Of a stretch of DNA of 42,464 nucleotides, positions 28,093 through 37,309 are shown in pieces. The translations under genes were made by a program, and so were the position numbers. The notes under the pieces are model-generated. The model was not told where the DNA came from. It worked only from the letters and a program-made list of their open reading frames with translations, and did no database searches. Origin of the DNA: Candidatus Bathyarchaeia archaeon (GTDB lineage Archaea > Thermoproteota > Bathyarchaeia > Bathyarchaeales > Bathycorpusculaceae); assembly GCA_050015395.1 (NCBI GenBank), contig JBEKBM010000027.1, positions 1 through 42,464 on the forward strand, written 5' to 3'. Within the stretch, counting starts at the first letter, position 1; every line of letters begins with the position of its first letter.

Positions 28093-29064
28093 TTATTGAG
28101 TTATGATAACTTTCAAAGGCTTTTCCGATGGAGTATCAACTGTTTGCAGTGCTTTTTCAAATTCAGTAAGCTTGAACCTGTGGGTAATAAGCCCTCTCAC
28201 ATCCACCAGTTTTCTAGCAATTAACTCAACAGCAGACGGATACTCAACGGGCGAGATGTAAATCGTGAAAAACAATGCTTCATCAGCATCCTCCAAGTTC
28301 AAGTAACCCTTAGATTCGCCAACAAGCGCGACTTTTCCAGCTTTCCTCACCAAATAGGGCGTCTGCTCCACGGTACGTGTATTTCCAGCGGCTTCAATCA
28401 CCAAGTCAGAGCCTATTTTAGTCAGCTTTCTTACGGTTTTGATTACGTCTTCATGTTTAGCGTTTATAACTGCGTCTGCACCGTACTTTTCGCTGAGTTC
28501 AAGCCTGTAATCTTCCAAGTCTACTGCGATGACTCGGCATCCCTTCAGCTGTGCAACTTGCGTCATGAGTAAACCGATGGCTCCTTGCCCAATTACGGTT
28601 ACCCAATCGCCAAGATTAGGCTTCATGTAATCCAGAACGCGAAGTGCCAAAGCAACAGGCTCCACCACTGCTGCTTCCTCATCACTGACGTTTGAAGGTA
28701 TAGGAATTAAGCTTCTAGGCAGCATAGCCTTTGATTCTGCGAAGAAACCGTCCCTTGTTAAACCGTAAAAATTGCCTCGGACACAATAAGTTGGCAATCC
28801 CCGCAGGCAATAGTAGCAGTGACCGCAATTCACCATGGGCACCATAACAACCCGTTCACCCGTGTCCGCTCTAACGCCGCATGCATCATGCCCGATTATC
28901 AAGCCTTTTTTCATCCATTTCCAATCGCCCCTGTACAAGTGCATGTCGGTGCCGCATATGCTTCCAGCCTTAAATCGCACAAGCACTTTTCTGCCTGAAA
29001 CTTCCGGTTCCGGGACTTCTTCAATTTTGATGTTGTGAGGTCCACGATAAACGGCAGCTTTCAA
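28093..29064 (-). CDS. Zinc-dependent medium-chain alcohol/sugar dehydrogenase
   Basis: ICGTD.H, GHD (variant of GHE), CGHCYYC..G...C, EP, G.GAIGL. Confidence 0.9.
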   Translation of the reverse strand: MKAAVYRGPHNIKIEEVPEPEVSGRKVLVRFKAGSICGTDMHLYRGDWKWMKKGLIIGHDACGVRADTGERVVMVPMVNCGHCYYCLRGLPTYCVRGNFYGLTRDGFFAESKAMLPRSLIPIPSNVSDEEAAVVEPVALALRVLDYMKPNLGDWVTVIGQGAIGLLMTQVAQLKGCRVIAVDLEDYRLELSEKYGADAVINAKHEDVIKTVRKLTKIGSDLVIEAAGNTRTVEQTPYLVRKAGKVALVGESKGYLNLEDADEALFFTIYISPVEYPSAVELIARKLVDVRGLITHRFKLTEFEKALQTVDTPSEKPLKVIITQ

Positions 29065-29221
29065 AAAGAGTCAACTCTAATATTTCAAGCTGTGACGGCG
29101 AGGTATTAAGTTTATTGTATGTTGTGAGGATTCTACTTTTTCCCAGTGCGAAGGATATTTGTTAAGTCTTGACGATGCCCAAAATAAATGAAGTATCTGT
29201 GGAGAACGATTAGCTTTAGTT

Positions 29222-29473
29222 CTAGCATTCTTCAGTGAACTTTGAAGCTTCGAGAATTACTAGCCCAACAACCTTTCCATGTTCGTCTAAAGATGCCGTG
29301 ACAAGCCCTTTATCATCAAGGGTATCGTTATTGACTATTTTTGCGTGCCTAAATTTAACATAAAGAACGTCCGCTTCATCATCATAGTCGACAGAAACCA
29401 TTGTCTTTGGGAATTTTAGCTTTTTAGCACATGACAATGCGTTTTCTACTGTTTTGAATGGATCTATGGCCAT
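29222..29473 (-). CDS. DUF2283 putative antitoxin
   Basis: VDYDDEADVLYVKF ... D..GKVVGLVILEASK; likely start ATG 29473, just after the natural toxin stop. Confidence 0.85.
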   Translation of the reverse strand: MAIDPFKTVENALSCAKKLKFPKTMVSVDYDDEADVLYVKFRHAKIVNNDTLDDKGLVTASLDEHGKVVGLVILEASKFTEEC

Positions 29474-29475
29474 TC

Positions 29476-29844
29476 TCACTTTAATTTCCGCCATAGCCTA
29501 AACCTCTTCGTTAACCTCTTGTCAGAAATTACAAAAGCCGTTAATATAAATCAATTGGACTGAGAGAGTTCTTTATAGTGGACGGTAAGATTCTTTGCTA
29601 AACCAAAATCCGCAAGTCGATCAAAAACTTTAACAGATGCAAAATTCGATTCCATGCCAGGTGGCGAGAGATAAACTTTGTCAGGGTCGGCAATGGTTAA
29701 CAGTACTTCAAGCTGGAAATTTACAAGTTCTCTATGATATTCAACTATGTGAAGCCATCTTTCCTCAGTTAGTCTTACGTCCAAGTTATTTAGGGATTTA
29801 ACTATGGCGACGACGGTAGGTTCGGGATGCCACTCTATCTTCAA
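29476..29844 (-). pseudogene. RelE/BECR-like putative ribonuclease toxin with premature TGA at 29551-29553
   Basis: VRLTEERWLHI..H..L...TI.DPD; frame continues after TGA as FILTAFVISDKRLTKRFRLWRKLK, i.e. the family-like (G)FILTAF strand. Confidence 0.75.
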
Positions 29845-30094
29845 GTTTTGAAAGCACTTCCTTTTTTTATTTCAGCAAGTAATACCTTTGGTTATAACTT
29901 GGAGTTGGTCATTAGTTTTTCTGTAGAGTGAGAATGCCTGCAACAGTGAGATTAATTATGGGTAAAACTTTTCCTTAAAATGTAACATTGCCATTATATA
30001 AAACGAGAAATCGCAACATCTATGGTAGCAATCTAATGTTGATGTTTGCGTTTTGCGTTAGGTTAATAACCCTAATAGCGTATGCATGGTTTGA

Positions 30095-30325
30095 ATGCTT
30101 ATGAATTTGGATGAGTACACGAAAGAGAAGCTTTGGCAGTTGCTTGTTGAAGCAGTTCACGCTTCCGTTATGTACCCGACTCATAAGGCTTACACTCGTG
30201 ATAGTATTTTGCCGCAAAAAGCTGACGTTACTGCAAATGAGCTTGCGGAAAGGCTCGGGATGCCGCTTGGGGAAGCACTGGTAATTCTCAGCGAACTGAC
30301 AGAAGAAAGAAAATGCTCAACGTAG
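30095..30325 (+). CDS. Small hypothetical HTH-like protein
   Basis: TANELAERLGMPLGEALVIL helix-turn-helix-like segment. Confidence 0.7.
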   Translation: MLMNLDEYTKEKLWQLLVEAVHASVMYPTHKAYTRDSILPQKADVTANELAERLGMPLGEALVILSELTEERKCST

Positions 30326-30510
30326 ATGCTATTTTTACGGTATTTTTTGTTCAGTAGTGAGGTAGTTTCAAGCGCTCAACAATGTTTACATATGCATATT
30401 GGCTAACTAAAAAAACAGTGAAACAATGAATGAGAATTGAGGAGACGAATGAAAAAAGAAAAGAGAATATAACAGACTTCACGCGGGCGCCCAAAGGGAG
30501 CTAGATAGAC

Positions 30511-30545
30511 ATCGTTATGTTTGTGTGAACAGAACGGCTTAAATA
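30511..30545 (+). promoter_or_regulatory. Candidate ModE operator abutting the wtpA TATA box
   Basis: cgttatgtt-N6-aacagaacg inverted repeat (one mismatch) at 30513-30536, then cttaaata; resembles the ATCGnTATA-N-TATAnCGAT ModE box. Confidence 0.7.
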
Positions 30546-30577
30546 TTACCCGTGAGAAAATAATTCAGGGAAAATAT

Positions 30578-31765
30578 ATGACAGTTGAAAAACGCAAACT
30601 AAGCACTATGGCTTACTCGCTAATTATCATCGGTATATTACTTGGAGGCGCTGTGGGATTTACATTAGGTTACTTTACTTATTCATCGCAAATCAACTCG
30701 CTAAACTCAAAAGTAACGAACCTTCAGACCTCGTTCCAGAACTCTTTAGTAACTTTAGCTTCTAATTCGCCGCCGTTTGCAGTGGGTGCAGCTGGCACTC
30801 TAACATATGCGTTTGGCTCAGTTCTTAGTACGTTTGAAGCACAGTATTCCAGCATTACAGTTGCACCTCCTCTGTTTGAGGGGAGTAGTTTAGTTGCCCA
30901 AGCAGAGAGCACCACAAAACAGTTTAGTTTGGAAGCCGCTGCTGACACGACCGCTATGCCAAGTGTTCTCTTTCCTAAACTCGCAAATTACGAAATTGCC
31001 TTTGGCCAAACACAAATGGTCATTATTGTCAATCTCCAATCTTCCGCTGGGCTCCAACTCTACAACATGTGGAGTGACGTTCAAGGACTTACCGTAAATT
31101 CTACTCAGTGGACTCAGACTTGGCAACAGATGTTCACCTTGATTGCGCTTAACTCGACCACTGTAGTTGGTGTTTCGAATCCTTTCACTGACCCTAGCGG
31201 TTATCAGGCTGCTGGCATGATTCGATTGGCGGGCTTAACTTTCTTCGGAAATGTAACATACCTTTACGACGCGATATACAACAACCCGAGTAAATACGTC
31301 ATGGCAAACACTGAATCAACTCTGGTTACGCTTATGCAGACCCAACACATAGATTTCATAACGTCAGCTTACGAGTCCAACGCTATACCGCAGACGGCAA
31401 ATCAAACCCACCTCGCCTACATCACGCTACCCAGCACAGTTAACCTAGGAGTCTTATCGGACACCAGTTATTATAACAAAGCCAACTTCAGCTACACGGA
31501 ACTGGGAACAACCGAATCATTCGTTGTCAACCCAGTCATCTACTGTGTCACGATTCCAACAGCCTCCACTAACTCGGCAGCTGCCACCTTATTCATCCAA
31601 ACCTTATTCAGTCAAACCGGCCAGAACATACTAAAGAAATACGGGATAACTCCCTTGTTGCCGGGCATCGTCTACGGTAGCTACACCAGTATTCCAAGCC
31701 TAATCAGACCACTCACTACACCGGTTAACGCAACATATTCAGCCTTATTCCCAGCAGGGAGCTGA
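30578..31765 (+). CDS. wtpA: Tungstate/molybdate ABC transporter substrate-binding protein, membrane anchored
   Basis: AAGTL, GS, AAD, SNP.TDPSGY, AYES.A, LP..VNLG, I.Y.VTIP motifs; likely start ATG 30578. Confidence 0.8.
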   Translation: MTVEKRKLSTMAYSLIIIGILLGGAVGFTLGYFTYSSQINSLNSKVTNLQTSFQNSLVTLASNSPPFAVGAAGTLTYAFGSVLSTFEAQYSSITVAPPLFEGSSLVAQAESTTKQFSLEAAADTTAMPSVLFPKLANYEIAFGQTQMVIIVNLQSSAGLQLYNMWSDVQGLTVNSTQWTQTWQQMFTLIALNSTTVVGVSNPFTDPSGYQAAGMIRLAGLTFFGNVTYLYDAIYNNPSKYVMANTESTLVTLMQTQHIDFITSAYESNAIPQTANQTHLAYITLPSTVNLGVLSDTSYYNKANFSYTELGTTESFVVNPVIYCVTIPTASTNSAAATLFIQTLFSQTGQNILKKYGITPLLPGIVYGSYTSIPSLIRPLTTPVNATYSALFPAGS

Positions 31766-32556
31766 TTAAATTTAATGGGTCATTTAGAGCCATACTGATA
31801 TTCTGCGGCGCAATAATTATCTTTTTTTTTCTCTATCCAATCCTACTTATCATAGCACTAGGCGCTAAAAATCTCATTTCTGCGCTCGCGACAGGTTCTT
31901 TTTTGGCTTCGGTTGAGGTTACTTTCGTAATTGCCACAGCCGCAGCGATTCTTTCTGTGGTAGTAGGTACACCTTTCGCTTATCTTATGGCTAGATCCGA
32001 GTTCAAGTTGAAAGAAGTTATCGAAGCAATCATCGACATACCTGTTATGGTTCCACATGTCTTAGTTGGCATAATGATTGTGTTAGCTTTCTCCTCACAA
32101 TATGGGTTAGGTCCATTTCTTCAGGGACTCGGCATAAACCTGATTGATACGCTGATAGGCGCCATAATTACAGTTACCTATCTGTCAGCAACTTACTCTA
32201 TAAGGATGACTGAGTCGGCGATAAAAATGATTAACCCTGATGTCGAGTTGACCGCTCGAACACTAGGTTCCACACCAACATTTACGTTCATCCATGTTAT
32301 AGTGCCTAAAATCTGGAAGTCAATTGCCAACGGAGCGATACTTACTTGGGCAAGAGCGGTTGCGGAGGTGGGAGCGCTGCTCGTGGTAGCTTATTATGTG
32401 TACTTCAACGGTAACAATGTGTATCCAGCTTCAATCTATATTTATGAAGGATACGTAGCACTAGGGTTAACTGGTGTAGTAAAGTATTCAGCAGCTCTTC
32501 TAATAATAGTCCTCGCTACATTCATCATTTACAGGTGGATTCTAAGACACGTCTGA
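31762..32556 (+). CDS. wtpB: Tungstate/molybdate ABC permease; probable CTG start overlapping the wtpA stop
   Basis: PFAY.MAR, DIP..VPH..VGI, AR.LG, WARA..E.GA; frame open for 47 codons upstream of 31903 and encodes a TM helix. Confidence 0.8.
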   Translation: MIKFNGSFRAILIFCGAIIIFFFLYPILLIIALGAKNLISALATGSFLASVEVTFVIATAAAILSVVVGTPFAYLMARSEFKLKEVIEAIIDIPVMVPHVLVGIMIVLAFSSQYGLGPFLQGLGINLIDTLIGAIITVTYLSATYSIRMTESAIKMINPDVELTARTLGSTPTFTFIHVIVPKIWKSIANGAILTWARAVAEVGALLVVAYYVYFNGNNVYPASIYIYEGYVALGLTGVVKYSAALLIIVLATFIIYRWILRHV

Positions 32557-32570
32557 AAGAGAGGAATGCG

Positions 32571-33620
32571 TTGCTTCAAATACTTAATGTTGATCTCACG
32601 CTGGGCACTTTCAGGCTGAGCTCTATCAGCTTAAACGTTGATAAACAAGAATACATGATCATAATCGGGCGGACTGCCAGTGGCAAGACTACGCTTCTCA
32701 AGACAATCGCAGGAGCCTACAGACCATCCAGCGGTAAAATATTGATTGATGACTCAGATATTACAACCATGCCTCCTGAAAAGAGAAATATCGCTTACGT
32801 ATCACAGATTTTTTCTTCATTTGATCCGATGAATGTCCAAAGCAACATAGAGTTCGGGCTCAGAGCCAGAGGCGTGCCAAAGCCGGAGAGAAAACAGTTG
32901 ATTAACGGAGTTGTCAGAGACCTAGGCATTGAACATCTACTGGATAGGATGCCAGCTACGTTAAGCGGTGGAGAACAGCAGCGCGTTTCGTTGGCGAGAG
33001 CGTTGGTTACCAGCCCAAAGATATTACTCTTGGATGAACCGCTTTCGATGATAGACCCCGAGACTAAAGGGTCAATCATACGGCTGCTGAAAGCAATTCC
33101 TGAAAAGTACAACATTCCAGTAGTCCATGTTACTCATGAATGGGACGAGGCCTACACATTAGCAAGTCGAATCGCTGTTATACATCAGGGCAGAATAATT
33201 GAGGTTGGTACTCCTGAACAAATATTTAATGAACCAAGGAGCTATCTTACAGCGAAGCTGGTAGGTTTCTATGATATGCACAAAGGAGACGCTACTCTTA
33301 CTGATTCCGGGTCTACAATAAAGTTGGAGAACGGTATAGAACTGAAGTCGCGTATGAAAATTAGCGGCTCAGTTTACGCCTGTGTGAGGCCAGAACGGGT
33401 TAAACTGAATATTAGTAACGAGTTCAATACCCTTGAAGGAAGAATTGTAGACGTGTTCAGAGAGAGATTTGGGCTTCGCATAATCATCAGTATAAACAAT
33501 ATTGAGTTTACAGCTCTTGTTGGAAGCAAGCCTACAAGGGGAGATGTCGTAACAATTACAATACCAGAAGACAGTGTATACGTGATACCTGCTACAGAAC
33601 TTAATGGCGCGCCCCTTTGA
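32571..33620 (+). CDS. wtpC: Tungstate/molybdate ABC ATPase with C-terminal TOBE-like domain
   Basis: GRTASGKT, LSGGEQQR, LLLDEP, HVTH; likely TTG start 32571. Confidence 0.85.
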   Translation: MLQILNVDLTLGTFRLSSISLNVDKQEYMIIIGRTASGKTTLLKTIAGAYRPSSGKILIDDSDITTMPPEKRNIAYVSQIFSSFDPMNVQSNIEFGLRARGVPKPERKQLINGVVRDLGIEHLLDRMPATLSGGEQQRVSLARALVTSPKILLLDEPLSMIDPETKGSIIRLLKAIPEKYNIPVVHVTHEWDEAYTLASRIAVIHQGRIIEVGTPEQIFNEPRSYLTAKLVGFYDMHKGDATLTDSGSTIKLENGIELKSRMKISGSVYACVRPERVKLNISNEFNTLEGRIVDVFRERFGLRIIISINNIEFTALVGSKPTRGDVVTITIPEDSVYVIPATELNGAPL

Positions 33621-33659
33621 TTAGCTTTATATGGACTTTGCGACATAACCATATCTAGA

Positions 33660-34217
33660 ATGCTCACCAACAAAAAACATAAGCTCTCATGCAAAGTCTG
33701 GATAGAATACAAAGATAAACCGCTAATTGGCAAAGGCGGGGCAGAAATTCTAGAAGCCATCGATAAGGAAAACTCGATTTCTAAAGCTGCAGAAACGTTA
33801 GGAATGTCGTACCGTTATGTTTGGAATTATCTGCATGATATTCAAAAGACGCTGGAGGAGCCAATAGTCGAAACTTTTAAAGGCGGAAAATCCGGAGGCG
33901 GAGGCGCAAGGTTAACTGATTTAGGCAGGAGTTTGCTTGGTGAGTATAATCAAGTTGAGAGTTACTTAAGCAAGGTCTTATCGGATTCAGGCAGTTTGGA
34001 GGTGAAAGGTTTGAAGTTAAGTGCAAGGAACCGTTTTAAAGGAAAAGTTGTAAGTGTTGAAAAAGGCATTATTACAGCCAAAGTTAAAGTTGAAGTAAAA
34101 ATGCCCGTAACTGTCACGGCGGTTATAACAAAGGAAGCAGTTGAAGATTTAGATATTAAAGTTGGCGACGAAGTCGAAGCAATCGTGAAATCGACGGAAG
34201 TAATGATTGCCAAATAA
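33660..34217 (+). CDS. modE: ModE-family regulator (HTH plus single Mop/TOBE domain)
   Basis: SISKAAETLGMSYRYVW, GG.SGGGARLT, KLSARN ... AIVKSTEV. Confidence 0.85.
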   Translation: MLTNKKHKLSCKVWIEYKDKPLIGKGGAEILEAIDKENSISKAAETLGMSYRYVWNYLHDIQKTLEEPIVETFKGGKSGGGGARLTDLGRSLLGEYNQVESYLSKVLSDSGSLEVKGLKLSARNRFKGKVVSVEKGIITAKVKVEVKMPVTVTAVITKEAVEDLDIKVGDEVEAIVKSTEVMIAK

Positions 34218-34838
34218 TTTTTTTTAATATTTCCGTCTAATCTTCCGTCATTCGTTGATGCCATCGAAAGTTACTCCGAAAAACATGTAATTAGGTGATT
34301 CTATAGCTACTCTTACTGCACTTTTCTAAAAGTATTCGTCAATTGCTTTCGCATTAACGAAGGTACTTTGTTGCTCATCCATTTTTTTCATACAACCAAA
34401 TTTGCATGTATATTTTTGTATAAGCTAAAGCGGACTATCGGTTGCTCTTTTTTGGTTAAAACGAAAGAGAGGTGATCAGTGTTTTTTTTCCGAAAGATAA
34501 GTCTAAAAAGATAGCCTTAACTCCGAAAAAACAGGGCAAACAGGGACTTGCGGCTGCGTTGACATATAACCATGAATATGCGTGACTAGTAACAATGAAC
34601 GTGCGTGACATGAAAGAAGAGCCAAAAACAAGCCCTGCTCAACAAAAGAAGCTTAAAACAGACGCTGACGACGTAAAAAAAAAACTTTATCTTCACTGAA
34701 CTTATCAAGTAAAGGTAGTTGACTCTTAAATTTCTTATAAACCAAGAAGTAGGCTTAGTTTCTTGCTGGCAAAACTATTTCATAAAGTGCCTAGCTTCTA
34801 AAACAAGCCGTTGTATGCTTATGAAGCCATTGGTTTTT

Positions 34839-35393
34839 TTACTCTATTACGTACCTGTAAGTAATGTATTCGCCTGCCGTTGTGCTTTTCCTGGTGATTT
34901 TCAGTATATCGCCTGGTTTGGCGCCGATTGCTTTAACCGCTGGGTCGCCTGATTCTATCTGCGGAATCTGGTAGGGCTTAACTCTGTATTGGGCGAGAAG
35001 CTGGTTCTTTTCTTTTTCGCTTAGAATTTCGTGGAGAGGAACTAGTGCATGCTCAAAAATGTCGAAAACTGGGAAAGACTTGGGCAGTAATTCAACTTGT
35101 TTCTTCTTTGCGCCAAGTTTAACAGCGTGTGTGTAGCGTCCTTCAGTAACTACTATTGCGCGGTCGATTTCTTTTTCTTTCATCACTTTGTAGAGTGTGT
35201 TCATGGCGGCGATACCGACGGTTGCTTCACCTAAAATGCACCAGACAATTGCTTTCTCTTTATCCTGTGGAATGTCAATGATATAGCTTATTTCGCCGTC
35301 ATGTTTTTCTTTTTCAAGCAGTTTGTATTTTCTCAGTTTGATAAGTACTTCTGCCTTGCGTTCTTCAATTGTTTCTGTTTTATTGCTCAACAT
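34839..35393 (-). CDS. rpoH: RNA polymerase subunit H/Rpo5 with extra ~105-aa N-terminal Rpb5-jaw/Mrr-like domain
   Basis: C-terminal H.LVP.HEIL...E...LL..Y......P.I...DP....GAKPGD..KI.R.S.TAG....YRYV; 184 aa versus about 80 aa for typical archaeal Rpo5. Confidence 0.9.
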   Translation of the reverse strand: MLSNKTETIEERKAEVLIKLRKYKLLEKEKHDGEISYIIDIPQDKEKAIVWCILGEATVGIAAMNTLYKVMKEKEIDRAIVVTEGRYTHAVKLGAKKKQVELLPKSFPVFDIFEHALVPLHEILSEKEKNQLLAQYRVKPYQIPQIESGDPAVKAIGAKPGDILKITRKSTTAGEYITYRYVIE

Positions 35394-35454
35394 AAACCCT
35401 CAGGATGGGAATACGCGAAACCATAACAAACTATTACCCTTAAACTTTTCCCCT

Positions 35455-36175
35455 TAAAAAAGCGCGACGCCAAAGAAGATGACCCTGATATGCGTACTAA
35501 CCGTCATACTGGGCATCTCCTACAGAAAAATGGAGTCGCTACTACATATAATTAAGCTTCCAGAGCAGGAACCCATACCTGACCACAGCACTATACACGA
35601 CGCCTACAAACACATCAGCGAAGACTACCTCAACCGCGTACTCTCAAGAACAGCAGTGCTCTGCATAGCGGAGTCTGGATGGGTGAAAGGCATAGTTGCA
35701 CCAGACAGTACGGGCGTAAAAACAGACCGCTACCAGACCGTAGAGTTGAAAATGCAAAAGACCCGCAAACTAATCAACCTCAAATGGCACGTAACGGCTA
35801 TACTGGACTACAACATCATATTGACTGCGAAGATAACCAGCGGCAAAGCTAACGACTCTCGGGTTGGCGGATCAATGCTGGAGCATCTGCCCAGAATGGA
35901 GGGCAGCATCTTTGACGCAGATAGAGGTTACGATTCAAACAGAAACTGCATGCGGGCATACCAGAAGGGTATGAAGCCCAACATGAAGCAGCGCGAGACC
36001 GGAGGAGCCAACAGGGGCTTGCGGTTCAGGAAGAAGGCGGCTTTAGAGTTTGATGTGGAGGTTTATCATTTTCGCGGGTTGGTGGAGGGTATATTCGGGG
36101 CTTTAGAGGTTGAGAGGGGTTTGGAGACGAGGTGTCGGCTGAAAAGGACGCAGAAGCGTGGGATTTTGGGAGATT
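35455..36175 (+). mobile_element. Truncated IS5/IS4-like DDE transposase (no terminal repeats seen)
   Basis: G.SYR, P.PDHSTI, DSTG, K.H, DADRGYDS, Y..R..VEGIFG; homology appears to stop at the mch stop codon and the ORF then runs antisense into mch. Confidence 0.8.
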
Positions 36176-37171
36176 CTAAGTCAATCCAAGCGAGTTCTTC
36201 AGGACTTCCACATCCAAGCTGCCAGCACGGAAGGTTTTGCCGGTTCTCGCATTCGTTATGGCAACAACCGCAGGAGCGAAAATGTTGGTGTCAACCTTGT
36301 AAAAGTCAAAACCCGCTTCTTTGAAGATGTCTAGAAACCTCGGATTCTTCTGAGCTAAACGCTTAGCTTCCTGCAGCATTCCCGAAGCAGATGAAGGCGC
36401 CTGCTTCACTATGCCCTCAAGCTTCAGTTCATCTTCATAATCGACGGTGTAATTCGTTACTCCCCCGTACAGAATAGCGTCGTTTGTTCTACCCATGGCT
36501 TCACCTGAATTCGGATGCACCGGCACAATCGGCGCATAGCCCCAAGCATGCTTTACCATCAATGGGTCAAGTTCAAGTCTTTCAAGCTTGTGAAGCCCTG
36601 TTTCCACGATTCTCCCGGAAACCTGAGTGACTCCTGAAAGGCTGGTGGTGGAAAACATGACGATGAACAGGTTTTTCGGCGAGACGTTGCACTTTAAAGC
36701 AATCTGCTGGATTACAGGTTCGGGCGGCGCTTTTTCCGTTTCCAAGACAAGAACTGCTGTGTCTGATTCCTCTTTATGATTGAGCTTTAAGTAAAGGTCT
36801 TTGGGTTTGAGTGCAAGTGCCCTTGCAGGACCCGAAGCAATAGCTGAGTAGTCGTCGCCTTTTATTTGCCAACCTGCGAACTGCGAACCTAAAAGCGATA
36901 AGGCCGGGTGGTCTGTTTGAACAAAGACCGAGGGCAAAACCATGTCGCCATACTGCACTGGCAAGACGGTTGCTTTTCCGTATCCAGCGAGGCATATTTC
37001 GGTTATAATTTCGCCTGCAAGAAATCCGCCCTCCGCCTTGATACCCGCATCTACCAATGTTGTGCCTGACTCTGTCTGCTCAACTGTGACGCCGTACTTG
37101 TCGGATTCATCGCATATTTTTTTGAATAAGCCCAGAGCCGATTTGTTTAGGTTAATCTTGGATGTGGACAC
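36176..37171 (-). CDS. mch: Methenyltetrahydromethanopterin cyclohydrolase
   Basis: DAGI...GG, TDHP...LGSQ.AGW, SGPARALA, Q.SGR.VE.G.HK, MGRTND..LYGG, DFYK.D..FAPA. Confidence 0.93.
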   Translation of the reverse strand: MSTSKINLNKSALGLFKKICDESDKYGVTVEQTESGTTLVDAGIKAEGGFLAGEIITEICLAGYGKATVLPVQYGDMVLPSVFVQTDHPALSLLGSQFAGWQIKGDDYSAIASGPARALALKPKDLYLKLNHKEESDTAVLVLETEKAPPEPVIQQIALKCNVSPKNLFIVMFSTTSLSGVTQVSGRIVETGLHKLERLELDPLMVKHAWGYAPIVPVHPNSGEAMGRTNDAILYGGVTNYTVDYEDELKLEGIVKQAPSSASGMLQEAKRLAQKNPRFLDIFKEAGFDFYKVDTNIFAPAVVAITNARTGKTFRAGSLDVEVLKNSLGLT

Positions 37172-37309
37172 TTGAGGTTCCTCAGTTCTGCCTAGTGGAC
37201 AATTACATTCTCAAGTATAGATTAAGTTTTTCCTTGACCACAAAAGAAATTGATATCAACAAAAGCAAGGAAACTTTCGGCGTCTTTTTTCCATGCTGCT
37301 TTGTCTGGA

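Noticed and set aside
29551-29553. In-frame TGA as selenocysteine
   Set aside because: The position corresponds to Gly in a GFILTA-like strand, not Cys, and no SECIS-like element was recognised
34625-34637. Third copy of the dispersed repeat (aaaacaagccctg)
   Set aside because: Only a 13-nt A-rich match with no flanking similarity
35479-36324. Full-length 281-aa transposase as listed in the ORF track
   Set aside because: The last ~50 codons are antisense mch sequence, so the real element is truncated
37250-37309. N-terminus of the 94-aa ORF as a genuine protein start
   Set aside because: Not Mch-like; appears to be unrelated sequence fused by chance to the mch remnant
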